This document shows, piece after piece, positions 1 through 12,070 of a DNA stretch of 64,000 nucleotides. Each line of letters begins with the position of its first letter. Position 1 is the stretch's first letter. A program made the position numbers and the translations under genes. This DNA is from the human T2T-CHM13v2.0 reference genome, Homo sapiens: NCBI RefSeq assembly GCF_009914755.1, contig NC_060925.1; one strand, given 5' to 3'. A model generated the notes under the pieces. It was not told the origin of the DNA. It searched no databases and saw only the letters and a list, made by a program, of their open reading frames with translations.

Positions 1-109
1 CTTATTTTGTTGTTTATATCACAGTAAGCCAAAGGCACATACAAATCAAGAATCTCTTAGGCAGGCTAGTGAACTCAGAATTGCATGTCAGTTGAAGCAT
101 TACCATACC

Positions 110-1050
110 TTTTGTGTGCTGGATGCTAGAAATAGAGCAGTGAACAAGGTGAGGCAAAGTGTCTTCCTCCTGGATTACATTTCAGTGAGGAGAAATAGAG
201 AATAAGGCTTTAAAATAATGTCATAGGATACAGAATGATGGGGCAAGGAGGGATGCCACCATGGCAAAACATTTGAGCTGAGATCTGAATGAGGAAGGTG
301 AGTTAGCTGTGTGAATATCTAGAGTTCAGGAGACAAGAAGGCTTGTGTAGTTTACGCATTGAAATTGGGGAAGGTGGAGGAGATCAAGTAAGAGGCAAAA
401 GCTGGAGTTGTTTGATGATAAATTAAACATGATGTATGAGAGAAAGAGTGAAAACAAAGATAACTTCTAGGTTTGGGGACTGAGATGGGTGTATGTTGGG
501 GACATTTATTGAAATGGGGGGCAGGTCAGTCTTGGCCAAGTTCAGTTTGATATGCTTATTAAACATTCAAGTGGAGGTGTCATTGTGGCTGTTGAAAAAG
601 TATGGATCATGAGGTCAGCAGAGAGGTGGCAGGGAGATAGATTTGGGAGTCATTAGCATACAGATAGATAGTATTTGAAATATGGAACTGGATGATAGAT
701 TATCTAAGAAGAAAGTATAGCTAGAGAAGAAAACAAGGTTGGAGATGGGGCTCTGTAGCATTAAAGGTCTCCCACAAAGAAGAGTATAAAGGAAAACTAA
801 GGAACTGTTATCCCAGAAGCCTAGCAGTTACAGTACTTCAAAAAGCAAAGAGTGGCCAGCTGGGTCAGATGCTGTTAAGAGGCTGGCTATGATAAGGATA
901 GAGGCTTTGCTAAAATTACAATCATCAGTGACCTTGATGGCCCAAAAGCCAAATGAAATGAGTTAAGTAGAAAATGGGCAAAACAGAAGAAGTAGAGGCA
1001 AGATTTAGAGACACCCTTGCAAGAAGTTATGCTGTGAAAAGGAGAAGAGA
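110..1050 (-). mobile_element. Degraded LINE-2 fragments
   Basis: L2-like motifs: ttgagctgagatctgaatga, ttcagtttga...ttcaagtggaggtgtc, gatttgggagtcattagcata. Confidence 0.6.
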
Positions 1051-1195
1051 AATTGGTTGGTGTCTGGGGAGTGAGGAGATGGGTCAAAGGAGGGATTTTA
1101 AAGGTGGGAGTACTATTAAGGTTCATTTGTATAATGGTGGTAGAGGGAGAGAGATTGAGAAGCAATGGAGTTAATTGCAAAAGCAAACTTCTTTA

Positions 1196-2084
1196 TTTTT
1201 TTTTTCTTTTTTTTTTTTTATTATACTTTAAGTTTTAGGGTACATGTGCACATTGTGCAGGTTAGTTACATATGTATACATGTGCCATGCTGGTGCGCTG
1301 CACCCACTAACTCGTCATCTAGCATTAGGTATATCTCCCGATGCTATCCCTCCCCCGACCCCACAACAGTCCCCAGAGTGTGATATTCCCCTTCCTGTGT
1401 CCATGTGATCTCATTGTTCAATTCCCACCTATGAGTGAGAATATGCGGTGTTTGGTTTTTTGTTCTTGCGATAGTTTACTGAGAATGATGATTTCCAATT
1501 TCATCCATGTCCCTACAAAGGACATGAACTCATCATTTTTTATGGCTGCATAGTATTCCATGGTGTATATGTGCCACATTTTCTTAATCCAGTCTATCAT
1601 TGTTGGACATTTGGATTGGTTCCAAGTCTTTGCTATTGTGAATAATGCCGCAATAAACATACGTGTGCATGTGTCTTTATAGCAGCATGATTTATAGTCC
1701 TTTGTGTATATACCCAGTAATGGGATGGCTGGGTCAAATGGTATTTCCAGTTCTAGATCCCTGAGGAATCGCCACACTGACTTCCACAATGGTTGAATTA
1801 GTTTACAGTCCCACCAACAAATTTACAAGAAAAAAACAAACAACCCCATCAAAAAGTGGGCGAAGGACATGAACAGACACTTCTCAAAAGAAGACATTTA
1901 TGCAGCCAAAAAACACATGAAAAAATGCTCATCATCACTGGCCATCAGAGAAATGCAAATCAAAACCACAATGAGATACCATCTCACACCAGTTAGAATG
2001 GCAGTCATTAAAAAGTCAGGAAACAACAGGTGCTGGAGAGGATGTGGAGAAATAGGAACACTTTTACACTGTTGGTGGGACTGT
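1196..2084 (-). mobile_element. L1PA2-like, 5'-truncated and 5'-inverted LINE-1
   Basis: Poly(T), 3'UTR and ORF2 end on - strand to ~1819, then a + strand ORF2 piece 1816-2087; TSD aaagcaaacttcttta at 1180-1195 and 2085-2100; 3'UTR diagnostic reads GAG, not ACA/ACG. Confidence 0.9.
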
Positions 2085-2402
2085 AAAGCAAACTTCTTTA
2101 AAAAGTGAGAGAGAGTTGGAATCTAGGGCATAAAAAGAGAGTTGAGTTTGCCTTTAGATAGAATCGGGGTTAACTATTCTTTTGTAGCTGGAGGAAAGAC
2201 TGAGTATGTGGGTCTACAAACAGGTAGTTACATGGCAGTGACAGGAGTATTTGAGATTAAGATTTCAGAAGTGATACAGCTCAACTCTGAGGTTAGGACT
2301 TTGGTTGAAGTGAAGTGGACTTGATCATTGGCACTTAGAATGTAAAGAAACTAAGAAGCCAGGAGCATTGTAATAGTATATTCCTGTGTTTGTCCTATCC
2401 AG

Positions 2403-2495
2403 GTAGCATCTTGGACAAAATATTGGGCAGCTTTGTGTGGGACACAGCTTTTTTACTATGCTGCCAAATCTCTAAAGGCTACCGAAAGAAAACAT
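2403..2495 (+). CDS. RALGPS2: RALGPS2 internal coding exon (93 nt, PH domain: [31 protein letters not shown])
   Basis: Acceptor tgtcctatccAG at 2401-2402, donor GTAAGT at 2496; 31 open codons matching the recalled RALGPS2 PH-domain sequence; phase 0/0, in frame with the next exon. Confidence 0.96.
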
Positions 2496-4356
2496 GTAAG
2501 TATTTGTTCTCTACATTTTTAGCGTGGTTTCCCAGACTGTTCATGGTTATAAAGAAAGCAGTCCTAATGGGATACAAAGGTTTTTTGGGTTTGCCTTGTT
2601 TTTTCCTATCTTCTAGTCCAAAAGTTTTTACATTTATTTCTTTTTTAAATACCATTTTTCCATTGCAAATGTCAAAACTGCACATTACGCTTATCTATTT
2701 TGACATCAAAGCTTTCTCAAATCTGGAGTTTCCTGTTCAATATTGTTCAAAACTATTGCCTTGGAGTTTCCTTTCCTAATCAGCAAAATGTGGAAATGTG
2801 GGACCAACATCTAAAGTTCTTTCCACCTCAATCTCTGGTTCAGTGATTCTTCCCAACAATGAAGAGGAATGATCAATTACAACAGTTACTGCAATCACTT
2901 TCTTGTGCTTCATATTACTTAAAAGAAGCCTCTTTTCACCCTGTAGAATTTTCCTATAAATCTTTTTTGCATGCTGTTTTGTTTTTACATACCAGTGATA
3001 GAATCTTTGAAAGGAAGAATGATTTTCTATGTTGCATTAATAAAATCTGAGAGGAATTTTATTTCTAAGTCACATGTTTTGGGGGAGAAAAATTACGTGG
3101 TTTATCCTACTGAGGAAAGGTAAGCCAGTGAAGAAAAATTTAAGTCCTTTTTCTACTTAAAACTTAACCAAATGATACTGTATAATTCAGAGTAATTCAG
3201 AGAAACTCTTCTTTATTCTCACAGTTTTAGCCCTTTAATCAAACCACAGGTATAGAAAAGAACATTTTTGGTTTAAATGAATGTGGGAAGTACCGTAAGA
3301 TAGCATTGCCTTTCTTTATCAGCTATACCCACCACCTGCCACCCTCCTGATCATCATGACTCATTGTCTTGCTTTTCTTCATAGTGTTAGCATATATGTT
3401 TCCCTAATTAATCCATGGTTTCATTTTTTAACTGTACCTCAGTGGGATCATATATATTCTTAAGCACTAGCTTTTTTGCTCACTATTATTATATAATTGT
3501 TAAGATAGCTCTTGCATTGAGATAAAGGACTTGAGTGAAGGATCATGGAGATTTCTTCGGTGAATATTTATTTTTTGTATTCTGGTCAAATTGACAATAA
3601 TGCCTATATACCCTACAACATTTACATAGATTAGTTTTGCTAGAACAATTTGTAGAGTTAGTACTGCTGTTCTCAAAGTGAGAAAAAGGTTGGATTCATT
3701 CAGTTCAATTAAATCCTTAGCTTCATATGGAAAGTAACTTTTCACATAGCCACATTGAGATACTTGCTGGATAGATTTCACTTAGCTGACTATTGTAGAA
3801 AAGTCATTATTCAAAATAAAATGGTTTTTTTGTTTTTTGTTTTTTCTTAGTTTCAATTAGAAAAAGTCCAAATTAGAGAAGTTATAACTGAATTTGTCAT
3901 CTAATGGATATGTTAAATATTGTTTTGTGCTTTGCATTGTTGCTTGTGCATAAAGTTACTAGTATATTATACTTTGGGTTTTTAATTATATGAGGTTTCT
4001 GATAGGTAATGTATGCAAAATGTTTGGAAATTAAAGCATAGTGAGTTGTGAGAAAATCTTATTGAGTACCAAGGAAATTGACCGCATTTCTCATCTTTTC
4101 TAATTAAATTAAAATATAATTAAAGAATAAATTTGAAGAACAGGATAGAGGGTATAGAGACAGGTCTATATCTATATTTGGTATTAATCTTGAGATAGAA
4201 AAGATATGGCACAGAACTAAATGGAAGAAAAAAATTTTAATCGTTTTCAAATAAAGTTAGAATACAAATAAATTGGAGGAAAATATCTGCTATATGTAAG
4301 CAACCGAAAAAGGATTAAAATCACCATTTAAACATAGCACCACCTGTATTGTTGTG

Positions 4357-4392
4357 TTTTGGTTTTGGTTTTGGTTTTGGTTTTGGTTTTGG
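4357..4392 (+). repeat. (TTTTGG)6 microsatellite
   Basis: Six perfect units read directly. Confidence 0.9.
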
Positions 4393-4404
4393 TTTTTTTT
4401 TTTG

Positions 4405-4920
4405 CCAAAATATTTAACCTGAATCTTATGAGGAAATAATCAAATCCAAATTGTGGGTCATTCTATGAGACAGCTGGCCTAGATTCTTAAAAAGACCAAA
4501 ATTTGGCAGGTGGAGTAAGGGCAGGGGGACAGGAGGACTGTTCTAGATTAAAGGAGACTTGACAACTAAATGCAATGTATGTCTTTTAGTTGAATCCTGG
4601 AGTTATATTGGGGAAAAAATTTAAAAAGCTATAAAGGTTATTATTGGAACAACTTAAGAAAATGTAACATGGACTTTATGTGGTTGTCTCTTCAATTTCT
4701 TAGAAATGACAATTACGTTGTGATTGTATAGGAATATATTCTTGTTATTAAAAGATACATGTTGAAATATTTAGGGTTCAATGTTATGATGTCTGCAATT
4801 TGCATTTGAATGTTCAGAAAGATCAAACAAACACAAAAATGTAGATTAAGGATATATGGCTAATCATTGTGGCATTCTCAACTTCTGTACAGTTTGAATT
4901 TTTTCAAAATAAAAAGCTGG
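4405..4920 (+). mobile_element. Old L1 (L1MC/L1ME-type) 3' end fragment
   Basis: aacctgaatct..caaatccaaattg..ggactgttctagattaaaggagac..acaactaaatgcaatg motifs. Confidence 0.6.
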
Positions 4921-5059
4921 AGGAGAAAAAAAATCATAGATTAAAATATACCTGTTCATGGCAATAAACCCAGAAGTGGGACATATGGAAGTCTGTATAC
5001 CTTATTTTAGTATTCTATAAAGTATATATTTTTTTGCCTATGAAGAACAGTTTGTGTGG

Positions 5060-5640
5060 GTAGAGTGATCAACCTCACTTACTATTTAAAAATGCAAATT
5101 AAGGGAGACACTTTCCTGCCATTAGACAAAAATTTAAAAGATTGATGACATAGCATTGGTCATGATATGGGGAAACAGACTGTCATCCATGGCTGGTAAA
5201 AATTTAAATTGGTATTGTTTTTGTGGTGGCCAGTCCGAGTCAGTATTTAGCTTGGTAATAACCAGAAATTCCTCATCTGAGAATCTGTCCTACTGAAATT
5301 TTTGAACAAGTGCACAAAGATTATCTGTAGAAGAATATTTCTATAATATTTATGACAACAGAAATCTGGAAATACCCAAAATACTTATCAATAAGGAAAT
5401 GGTTACTGATAGATGAAAAACACAAGTCAGAGTGTAAATATATCCCCCATTAATACGTAAAAACCAACAGCAGCAATGACACAAACCTCTGATATAATAA
5501 ATGCATAGAATAAGGTCTGGAGGTTGTCACCTCAAGTGATGATTATATCTGGGGAATGTGATGGGATTCGCTGGTGGTTAAAGGGCATTTGCACTCTAGT
5601 TTCATCCCTGTTTCTGAAGCAGTTTATGTTGCTTGAGTTA
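5060..5640 (+). mobile_element. Degraded L1ME fragment
   Basis: ORF2-end/3'UTR-like motifs (ccagaaattcctcatctgagaatctgtcct, gaaatacccaaa..tcaataagg). Confidence 0.5.
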
Positions 5641-5849
5641 CTTTTTACTTTTTGAAAAAGGGAATTGAGGTGGAAGTTTTTAGGCTTAAGAAAAGAATAT
5701 TAGAAGATCATAGTATTCATGTCGAAGTACATTATGAGCTGTCAAATCAGCAGTCCTGTGGTAGGGCCAATTTCATTCTTCACAGTAGTAAAACTTACTG
5801 ATTTCTTTAGCTTTCATATTTCAATTTCATGTTGTTATGAATGTGCCAT

Positions 5850-6190
5850 GTTCATTCTTTTTCCCATTTCCTTTAATCGTGAAGCATATCATACATACAA
5901 AAGAAGATAGGTAGTGTACATGTACATTTTAAAGCATAATAAATAAAATGAACACCTGTATACTCTCCACCCAGTGTGAGGAACAGAATGTTACTAGAAC
6001 CGTCAAAGCCTTCCCAGAGGCATCCACTTCTTCCCTGTCAACCATATCCACAGCTTCTTGCTGTCCTGAATTTCTTGTTAATTGTCGCCTTGTTTTTCTT
6101 TAGTGTTTTACCATGTACACGTCCTTATACAATGCACTGTTTGATTTTTAAACAATACCTGAATGGCTTCACATACAGTCTTAAGCACTA
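5850..6190 (-). mobile_element. Degraded L1ME 3' fragment
   Basis: aaaatgaacacctgta..ccacccag.. motif typical of antisense L1ME 3' ends. Confidence 0.45.
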
Positions 6191-6361
6191 GCTTAAGCCA
6201 ACCTGTTCTTCTTTTATAACTGCCCTTTCTCAGAATTAAGAAAAGAAGTTGTAGCTAAAATAATAATAAAAGAATGGTTAACTACAAAAGTAATAGACAG
6301 GCTAAGAATACCCTTCTTTTTTGAAAAATACAAGTAAGAATATTGTCATTAAGAATTATCT

Positions 6362-6438
6362 GGTTGCAGGGAGCTGAGATCACACCACTGCACCACAGCC
6401 TGGGCAACAGAGTGAGACTGTCTCAAAAAAAAAAAAAA
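6362..6438 (+). mobile_element. Severely 5'-truncated Alu (end of right arm + poly A)
   Basis: ggttgcag..cagcctgggcaacagagtgagactgtctc(A)n; degenerate TSD aagaattatctg (6351) / aagaactctctg (6437). Confidence 0.85.
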
Positions 6439-6844
6439 GAACTCTCTGATAGCACTGCTGATTTATTACATCATCAGATTTAAGACAGCATAGCTACTAA
6501 AATGCAAATGTCCTTCCTATAAGGAGTAGTACAGTAATTCAGAAAAAAAACAACAGATTAATATATCATATTCACAAACATGCTCTCTGGGAATAGGGAA
6601 TAGATCAGTTAGGTTTTGATGCAGAGTTGAAGCTGGGAAGGTCTGGAAAGTAGGAGATTATCTGAAGAAGGCATGCCTAGGATGAAATTCAGCAGTAAAA
6701 GGCCCCAGGCTGGCTGAGACCAGCATGAAGTCACAAATCTCATCTTTCATTAGGAGAAACTGAAAATACACTCCCTAACACTGAAGTTTTGCTAGAATAA
6801 ACCATAAATTTTCTGTTTCCGCTAATTATCTTTTTTTCTCTCAG

Positions 6845-6950
6845 TTCAAATCAACATCCAATAAGAACGTATCTGTGATAGGATGGATGGTGATGATGGC
6901 TGATGACCCTGAACATCCTGATCTCTTCCTGCTGACTGACTCTGAGAAAG
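6845..6950 (+). CDS. RALGPS2: RALGPS2 internal coding exon (106 nt: FKSTSNKNVSVIGWMVMMADDPEHPDLFLLTDSEK+G)
   Basis: Pyrimidine tract tttttttctctcAG ending 6844, donor GTGAAT at 6951; 35 codons + 1 nt. Confidence 0.96.
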
Positions 6951-7431
6951 GTGAATTGTTAGAATAACTGGGGCTTACGATACTGCGTATGTGTTTGTGT
7001 ATATGTATGTATGTATGTGTGTGTGTATACTTGTCATATATATAATGTTTTATGCATACATGAAGAACTTGATGAGCCAAAACCTAGTTTCACTGGAATA
7101 CTCAAGAGAGAAAGTATTTGTGTAGTTTTATCTATTGGGAAATACTTCTGTCCCATTATGTATTTTAATAATATTTGTGGAGCTTATTTTCTTTGCTCCA
7201 TGGGCATATATGCTTGAAAATTAAAAGCCCAGCTAATCCCTAGAGACCTAACTAGGAAAGGAGGGAGGGAATTTGAGAATATATACCCCATTGTTACTTC
7301 AAATTTTTAGAGACTTGCCATATAGGCCATACTGCTTCCTTCATCAATACCTTGAAATGGATTGTTATTCTTAAGTTCTGAAAGTGGCAGAGTTTTCCTT
7401 TAAATATTTATTCTATCACTTTTAATTAAAT

Positions 7432-7588
7432 TATTCAGAACCAATATTCTGCAGTCTTATCCACACAGATCTAGAGATGCCACACAATTATTGTATTTAT
7501 TTAGATGTATTTTATTCTAAAGAATATTTAAGAACAAAATTATTTCTTTTAATCCATAAGCAGCAAAACAGTGACTTTCTGAATATAT
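7432..7588 (+). repeat. Dispersed ~155-bp direct repeat, copy 1
   Basis: Homologous to 11156-11308; first 55 bp identical. Confidence 0.92.
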
Positions 7589-8098
7589 TTGGCTCAGATC
7601 ACTTTCCAAGTTAATTATAATATTTTACATACAGTATATAGAGAGACACTTATGAATAAAATAACTGGCTATTGACCATTGGAGTTTATAAAGTAGATAT
7701 GAGAAATTGGAGGATGGGCCATGTATAATCACATCATATGTTCTTCTTACTCTACCTGTGACTATAGTGGATACCTCAAGGCTCATCAGAAAATATCCCC
7801 AAGTGGTTGCTTTTCTTCCATCATAACAACTGCTAGCTGTTGACAAGTACCAGAAAGATACTTTCAGCAGTTCACAACTGGAATACTATGTTACCTTTTA
7901 TTGACTTCACAACTATATTTTGACCTCTGTTTATTCAGATACTATTTTGTATCAACAGATATCCCACTTTTATGTTTCAGTGTTTTAAGTAAACAAGTAA
8001 GCAAATATGTTGGAGGCAGGAAAAAATAATACCAAAATGTCTTCTTTTTAGATTAAGTAGATTGATTTACAGAATAAATACACCCTACTCAACATTTT

Positions 8099-9920
8099 TT
8101 TTCCCATAAGTTATTGGGGTACAGGTGGTATCTGGTTACATGAGTAAGTTGTTTAGTGGTGATTTGTGAGATTTTGGTGCACCCATCACCCGAGCAGCAT
8201 ACACTGCACTCTGTTTGTAGTCTTTTTACCCTCATCCCCCTTCTCACTTTTCTCCCCAAGTCCCCAAAGTCCATTGTATCATTCTTATGCTTTTGCATCC
8301 TCATAGCTTAGCTCCCACGTATCAGTGAGAACATATGATGTTTGGTTTTCCATTCCTCAGTTACTTCACTTAGAATAATAGTTTCTAATCTTATCCAGGT
8401 CACTGCAAATGCTGTTAATTCATTCCTTTTTATGGCTGTGTAGTATTCTATCACATATATATACCACAGTTTCTTTATCCACTCGTTGATTGATGGGCAT
8501 TTGGGTTGGTTCCATGATTTTGCAATTGTGAATTGTGCTGCTGTGAACATGCGCATGCAAGTATCTTTTTCATATAATGACTTCTTTTCCTCTGGGTAGA
8601 TACCCAGTAGTGGGATTGCTGGATCAAATGGTAGTTCTACTTTTAGTTCCTCAGGGAATCTCCACACTGTATTCCATAGTGGCTGTACTAGTTTACATTC
8701 CCACCAGCAGTGTAGAAGTGTTGCATGTTTACCACATCCATGCCAACATCTACTGTTTTTTTATTTTTTTTATTATGGCCATTCTTGCAGGAGTAAGCTA
8801 GTATCTCATTGTAGTTTTGATTTGCATTTCCCTGATCATTAGTGATATGGAGCATTTTTTCATTTGTTTGTTGGCCATTTGTGTATCTTCTTTTGAGAAT
8901 TGTCTATTCATATCCTTAGCCCACTTTTCGATGGGATTGGTTTTTTTCTTACTGATTCGTTTTGAGTTCATTGTAGATTCTAGATGTTAGTCCTTTGTCA
9001 GATGTATAGATTGTGAAGATTTTCTCCCACTCTATGGGTTGTCTGTTTACTCTGCTGACTGTTGCTTTTGCTGTGCAAACGCTCTTTAGTTTAATTAGGT
9101 CCCAACTATTTATCTTTGTTTTTATTGCATTTGCTTTTGGGTTTTTGGTCATGAAATCCTTGCCTAAGCCAATGTCTAGAAGAGTTTTCCAATGTTGTCT
9201 TCTAGAATTTTTATAGTTTCAGGTCTTAGATTTAAGTCCTTAATTCATCTTGAGTTGATTTTTGTATAAGGTGAGAGATGAGGATCCAGTTTCATTCTCC
9301 TACATGCGGCTAGCCAATTATCCCAGCACCGTTAGTTAAAAAGGGTGTCCTTTCCCCACTTTATGTTTTTGTTTGCTTTGTTAAAGATCAGTTGGCTGTA
9401 TTTGGGTTTACTTCAGAGTTCTCTATTCTATTCCATTGGTCTATGTGCCTATTTTCATAGCAGTACCATGCTGTTTTGGTGACTGTGGCCTTACGGTATA
9501 GTTTGAAATCAGGTAGTGTGATGCCTCCAGATTTGTTCTTTTCACTTAGTCTTGCTTCGGCTGTGGTGGGCTCTTTTTTGATTGTATGTGAATTTTAGAA
9601 TTGTTTTTTCTGATTTTGTGAAGAATGATACTGGTATTTTGATGGCGATTGCATTGAATTTGTAGATTTTGCTTTTGGCAGTATAGTCATTTTCCCAATA
9701 TTGATTCTACCCATCCATGAGCATGGGATGTGTTTCCATTTATTTGTGTCATCAGTGATTTTTTTCAGCAGTGTTTTGTAGTTTCCTTGTAGAGCTCTTT
9801 CGACTCCTTTGTTAGGTATATTCCTAAGTGGTTTTTTGTTTTGTTTTGTTTTGCAGCTATTATAAAAGGCGTTGAATTCTTGATTTGATTCTCTGTTTGG
9901 TCATTGTTGGTGTATAGAAG
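8099..9920 (-). mobile_element. L1PB1-like 5'-truncated LINE-1
   Basis: L1PB-type 3' end (ccataagttattggggtacaggtggta..) and ORF2 remnants; TSD cctactcaacatttt (8084-8098) / cctactcaaaatttt (9921-9935). Confidence 0.85.
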
Positions 9921-10829
9921 CCTACTCAAAATTTTGAATTCAAAGCCCCAGCCTCCTTCCCATATCAAAGGCATAATTCACGAAATTACATTTCAAGATG
10001 AGAGCATTTTCATTGGATTTAGTTAACAGATTCTTTGTTTTCTTCAGTTTCTCTTAGCATGCCTAATAGAACTACTTCAGGTAGCCAAAATTTTATGAAG
10101 TCTATCTATACTAATGGTTTTTTGCGGGGGAGGGGTGAGTATGTAAATTGTAGCTGTGGCCAGCTTTATTGTAGATATGGCTTTTTTTCACATTGACCTA
10201 ATGTCTGTGTCTGAGTTCAGCAAGTGTAACGGTGTTACTTGACTAAACATTTGGTGAAGAAACAATTACTTCAGAAAGTGAAAAAGTTATTTTGAGTGTT
10301 AGAATCTCAAGGAAAAGCTGAATAATGCTTAAATATAGTTAGGCTCTTGAGCCATTGAATGCAGTTATTAAGGAAAGAATAGAATTCAGCACAAATTGTG
10401 AAATAAAAAGAACTTAGGTCAATGAAAAAAGGAAATAAAGCTTAATTTAGAGCAGCCTATAGTACATGGATCCTTTCTTTTCTCAATTTGTTTTCTCACC
10501 TTAATACATATAACCATTTAAAATATCCTCATTATATGTCAGTCTTGAATTAAAGTCAATATAGAAATTACAAAATACACACAGCACAAATGAATATCTA
10601 ATTTCTTAAAAGAGAGAAAGTTGCCTCCTAGACTTTCCCCAAGAGCCCTCAACAGAACTGGAAATCTGTAATAATATTGACAAATATCTTGTAACTAAAG
10701 ACTAAAAGCATAGTCTATCAATGTTATATGACTAATCCTTAATTATACTGAATAGCTAGTGTTTAAGTATTAAACATATTGAAGCATTCTGGCATGTTAA
10801 AACTTAACATTAACATCTACTAATATTTA

Positions 10830-11134
<305 letters not shown>

Positions 11135-11155
11135 TTAGATCATCTAAGTAGTAAG

Positions 11156-11308
11156 TATTCAGAACCAATATTCTGCAGTCTTATCCACACAGATCTAGAG
11201 ATGCCACACAGTTATTTTATGTAGGTGTATTTCATTCTAAAGAATATTTAAGGAGACAAAATTATTTCTTCTAATTCATAAGCAGCAAAAGTGACTTTCT
11301 GAATATAT
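11156..11308 (+). repeat. Dispersed ~155-bp direct repeat, copy 2
   Basis: Homologous to 7432-7588. Confidence 0.92.
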
Positions 11309-11514
11309 GATAGCATGTAAATGTGTTGCATCGAGAACTCTTTATTGTATTGGAAATACAATAAAAATAGGAAATACAATAAAATGGAGGTGTTGAATAG
11401 AATTCTAAAACTGAAAACTCTAGTCATGTTTAATTTGCTCATTATTATCTGGCAGAATTATTATGTGTCGTCCTTACATTTTTAATATTTCCCCCTTATT
11501 TTGGATAATTTTAG

Positions 11515-11606
11515 GAAATTCGTACAAGTTTCAAGCTGGCAATAGAATGAATGCAATGTTATGGTTTAAGCATTTGAGTGCAGCCTGCCAAAGTAACAAA
11601 CAACAG
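11515..11606 (+). CDS. RALGPS2: RALGPS2 penultimate exon (92 nt: [31 protein letters not shown])
   Basis: Acceptor ttttAG at 11513-11514, donor CAG|GTAAGC at 11607; phase 1 completes the Gly codon of the previous exon; includes the conserved Trp of the PH C-terminal helix. Confidence 0.96.
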
Positions 11607-11739
11607 GTAAGCATTTCTCCTAATTCTCAGAATAGTCCATAATTTGGGAACATATGTAAAAGAGTTCCAAGAGAAGTAAACAGACTAGTTCTGAATTAAC
11701 TAGGAGAATGGTGGTGTTTTTATTCTTGTTGATTACAGT

Positions 11740-12070
11740 TAATAAGATATGAAGGTCTACATCTTAGTGAGGAGCTAGACAGTAATCATGCAAACAAGTA
11801 ACAAAATTTCGAACAGTCAGAACTATATAAAGAAAACAATAGACGTATGTGATATAGAGCAATGGGAGTACAGACAACTTTTGATAACATAAGGTTGGGC
11901 AGCAAAGATCTCCCTGAGGAGATGGTATTGACAAGAACCACAAGAAGGAACGAGCTATAAGAAGAGGAGAGCAGAGTGCTGTGTAAGGGAAGAGCAAGTG
12001 CAGGGAGCCTGAAGCTGGAACAAGCTTAAGGTGAGTTCAAAGCACAGAAAGGTAGCTAGTATAGTAGTCA
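11740..12070 (-). mobile_element. LINE-2 fragment
   Basis: tagtgaggagctagacag..gggaagagcaagtgcagggagcctgaag motifs. Confidence 0.5.

Noticed and set aside
1418-2108. ORFs of 123 and 79 aa ([26 protein letters not shown].., [11 protein letters not shown]..)
   Set aside because: C-terminal L1 ORF2 fragments of the truncated L1PA2, not genes
2401-2408. AG|GT at acceptors (2403, 21069) as recursive splice sites
   Set aside because: AG|GT is ordinary acceptor consensus, and the reconstituted donors (GTAGCA, GTTCCT) are weak
2390-2779. 129-aa + strand ORF overlapping the first exon
   Set aside because: Different frame from the real exon and runs through the donor into intron
7432-7588. snoRNA interpretation of the duplicated element (terminal stem, CTGA near the 3' end)
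   Set aside because: No C box (RTGATGA) near either 5' end, no convincing H/ACA double hairpin, and the ACA is not shared by both copies
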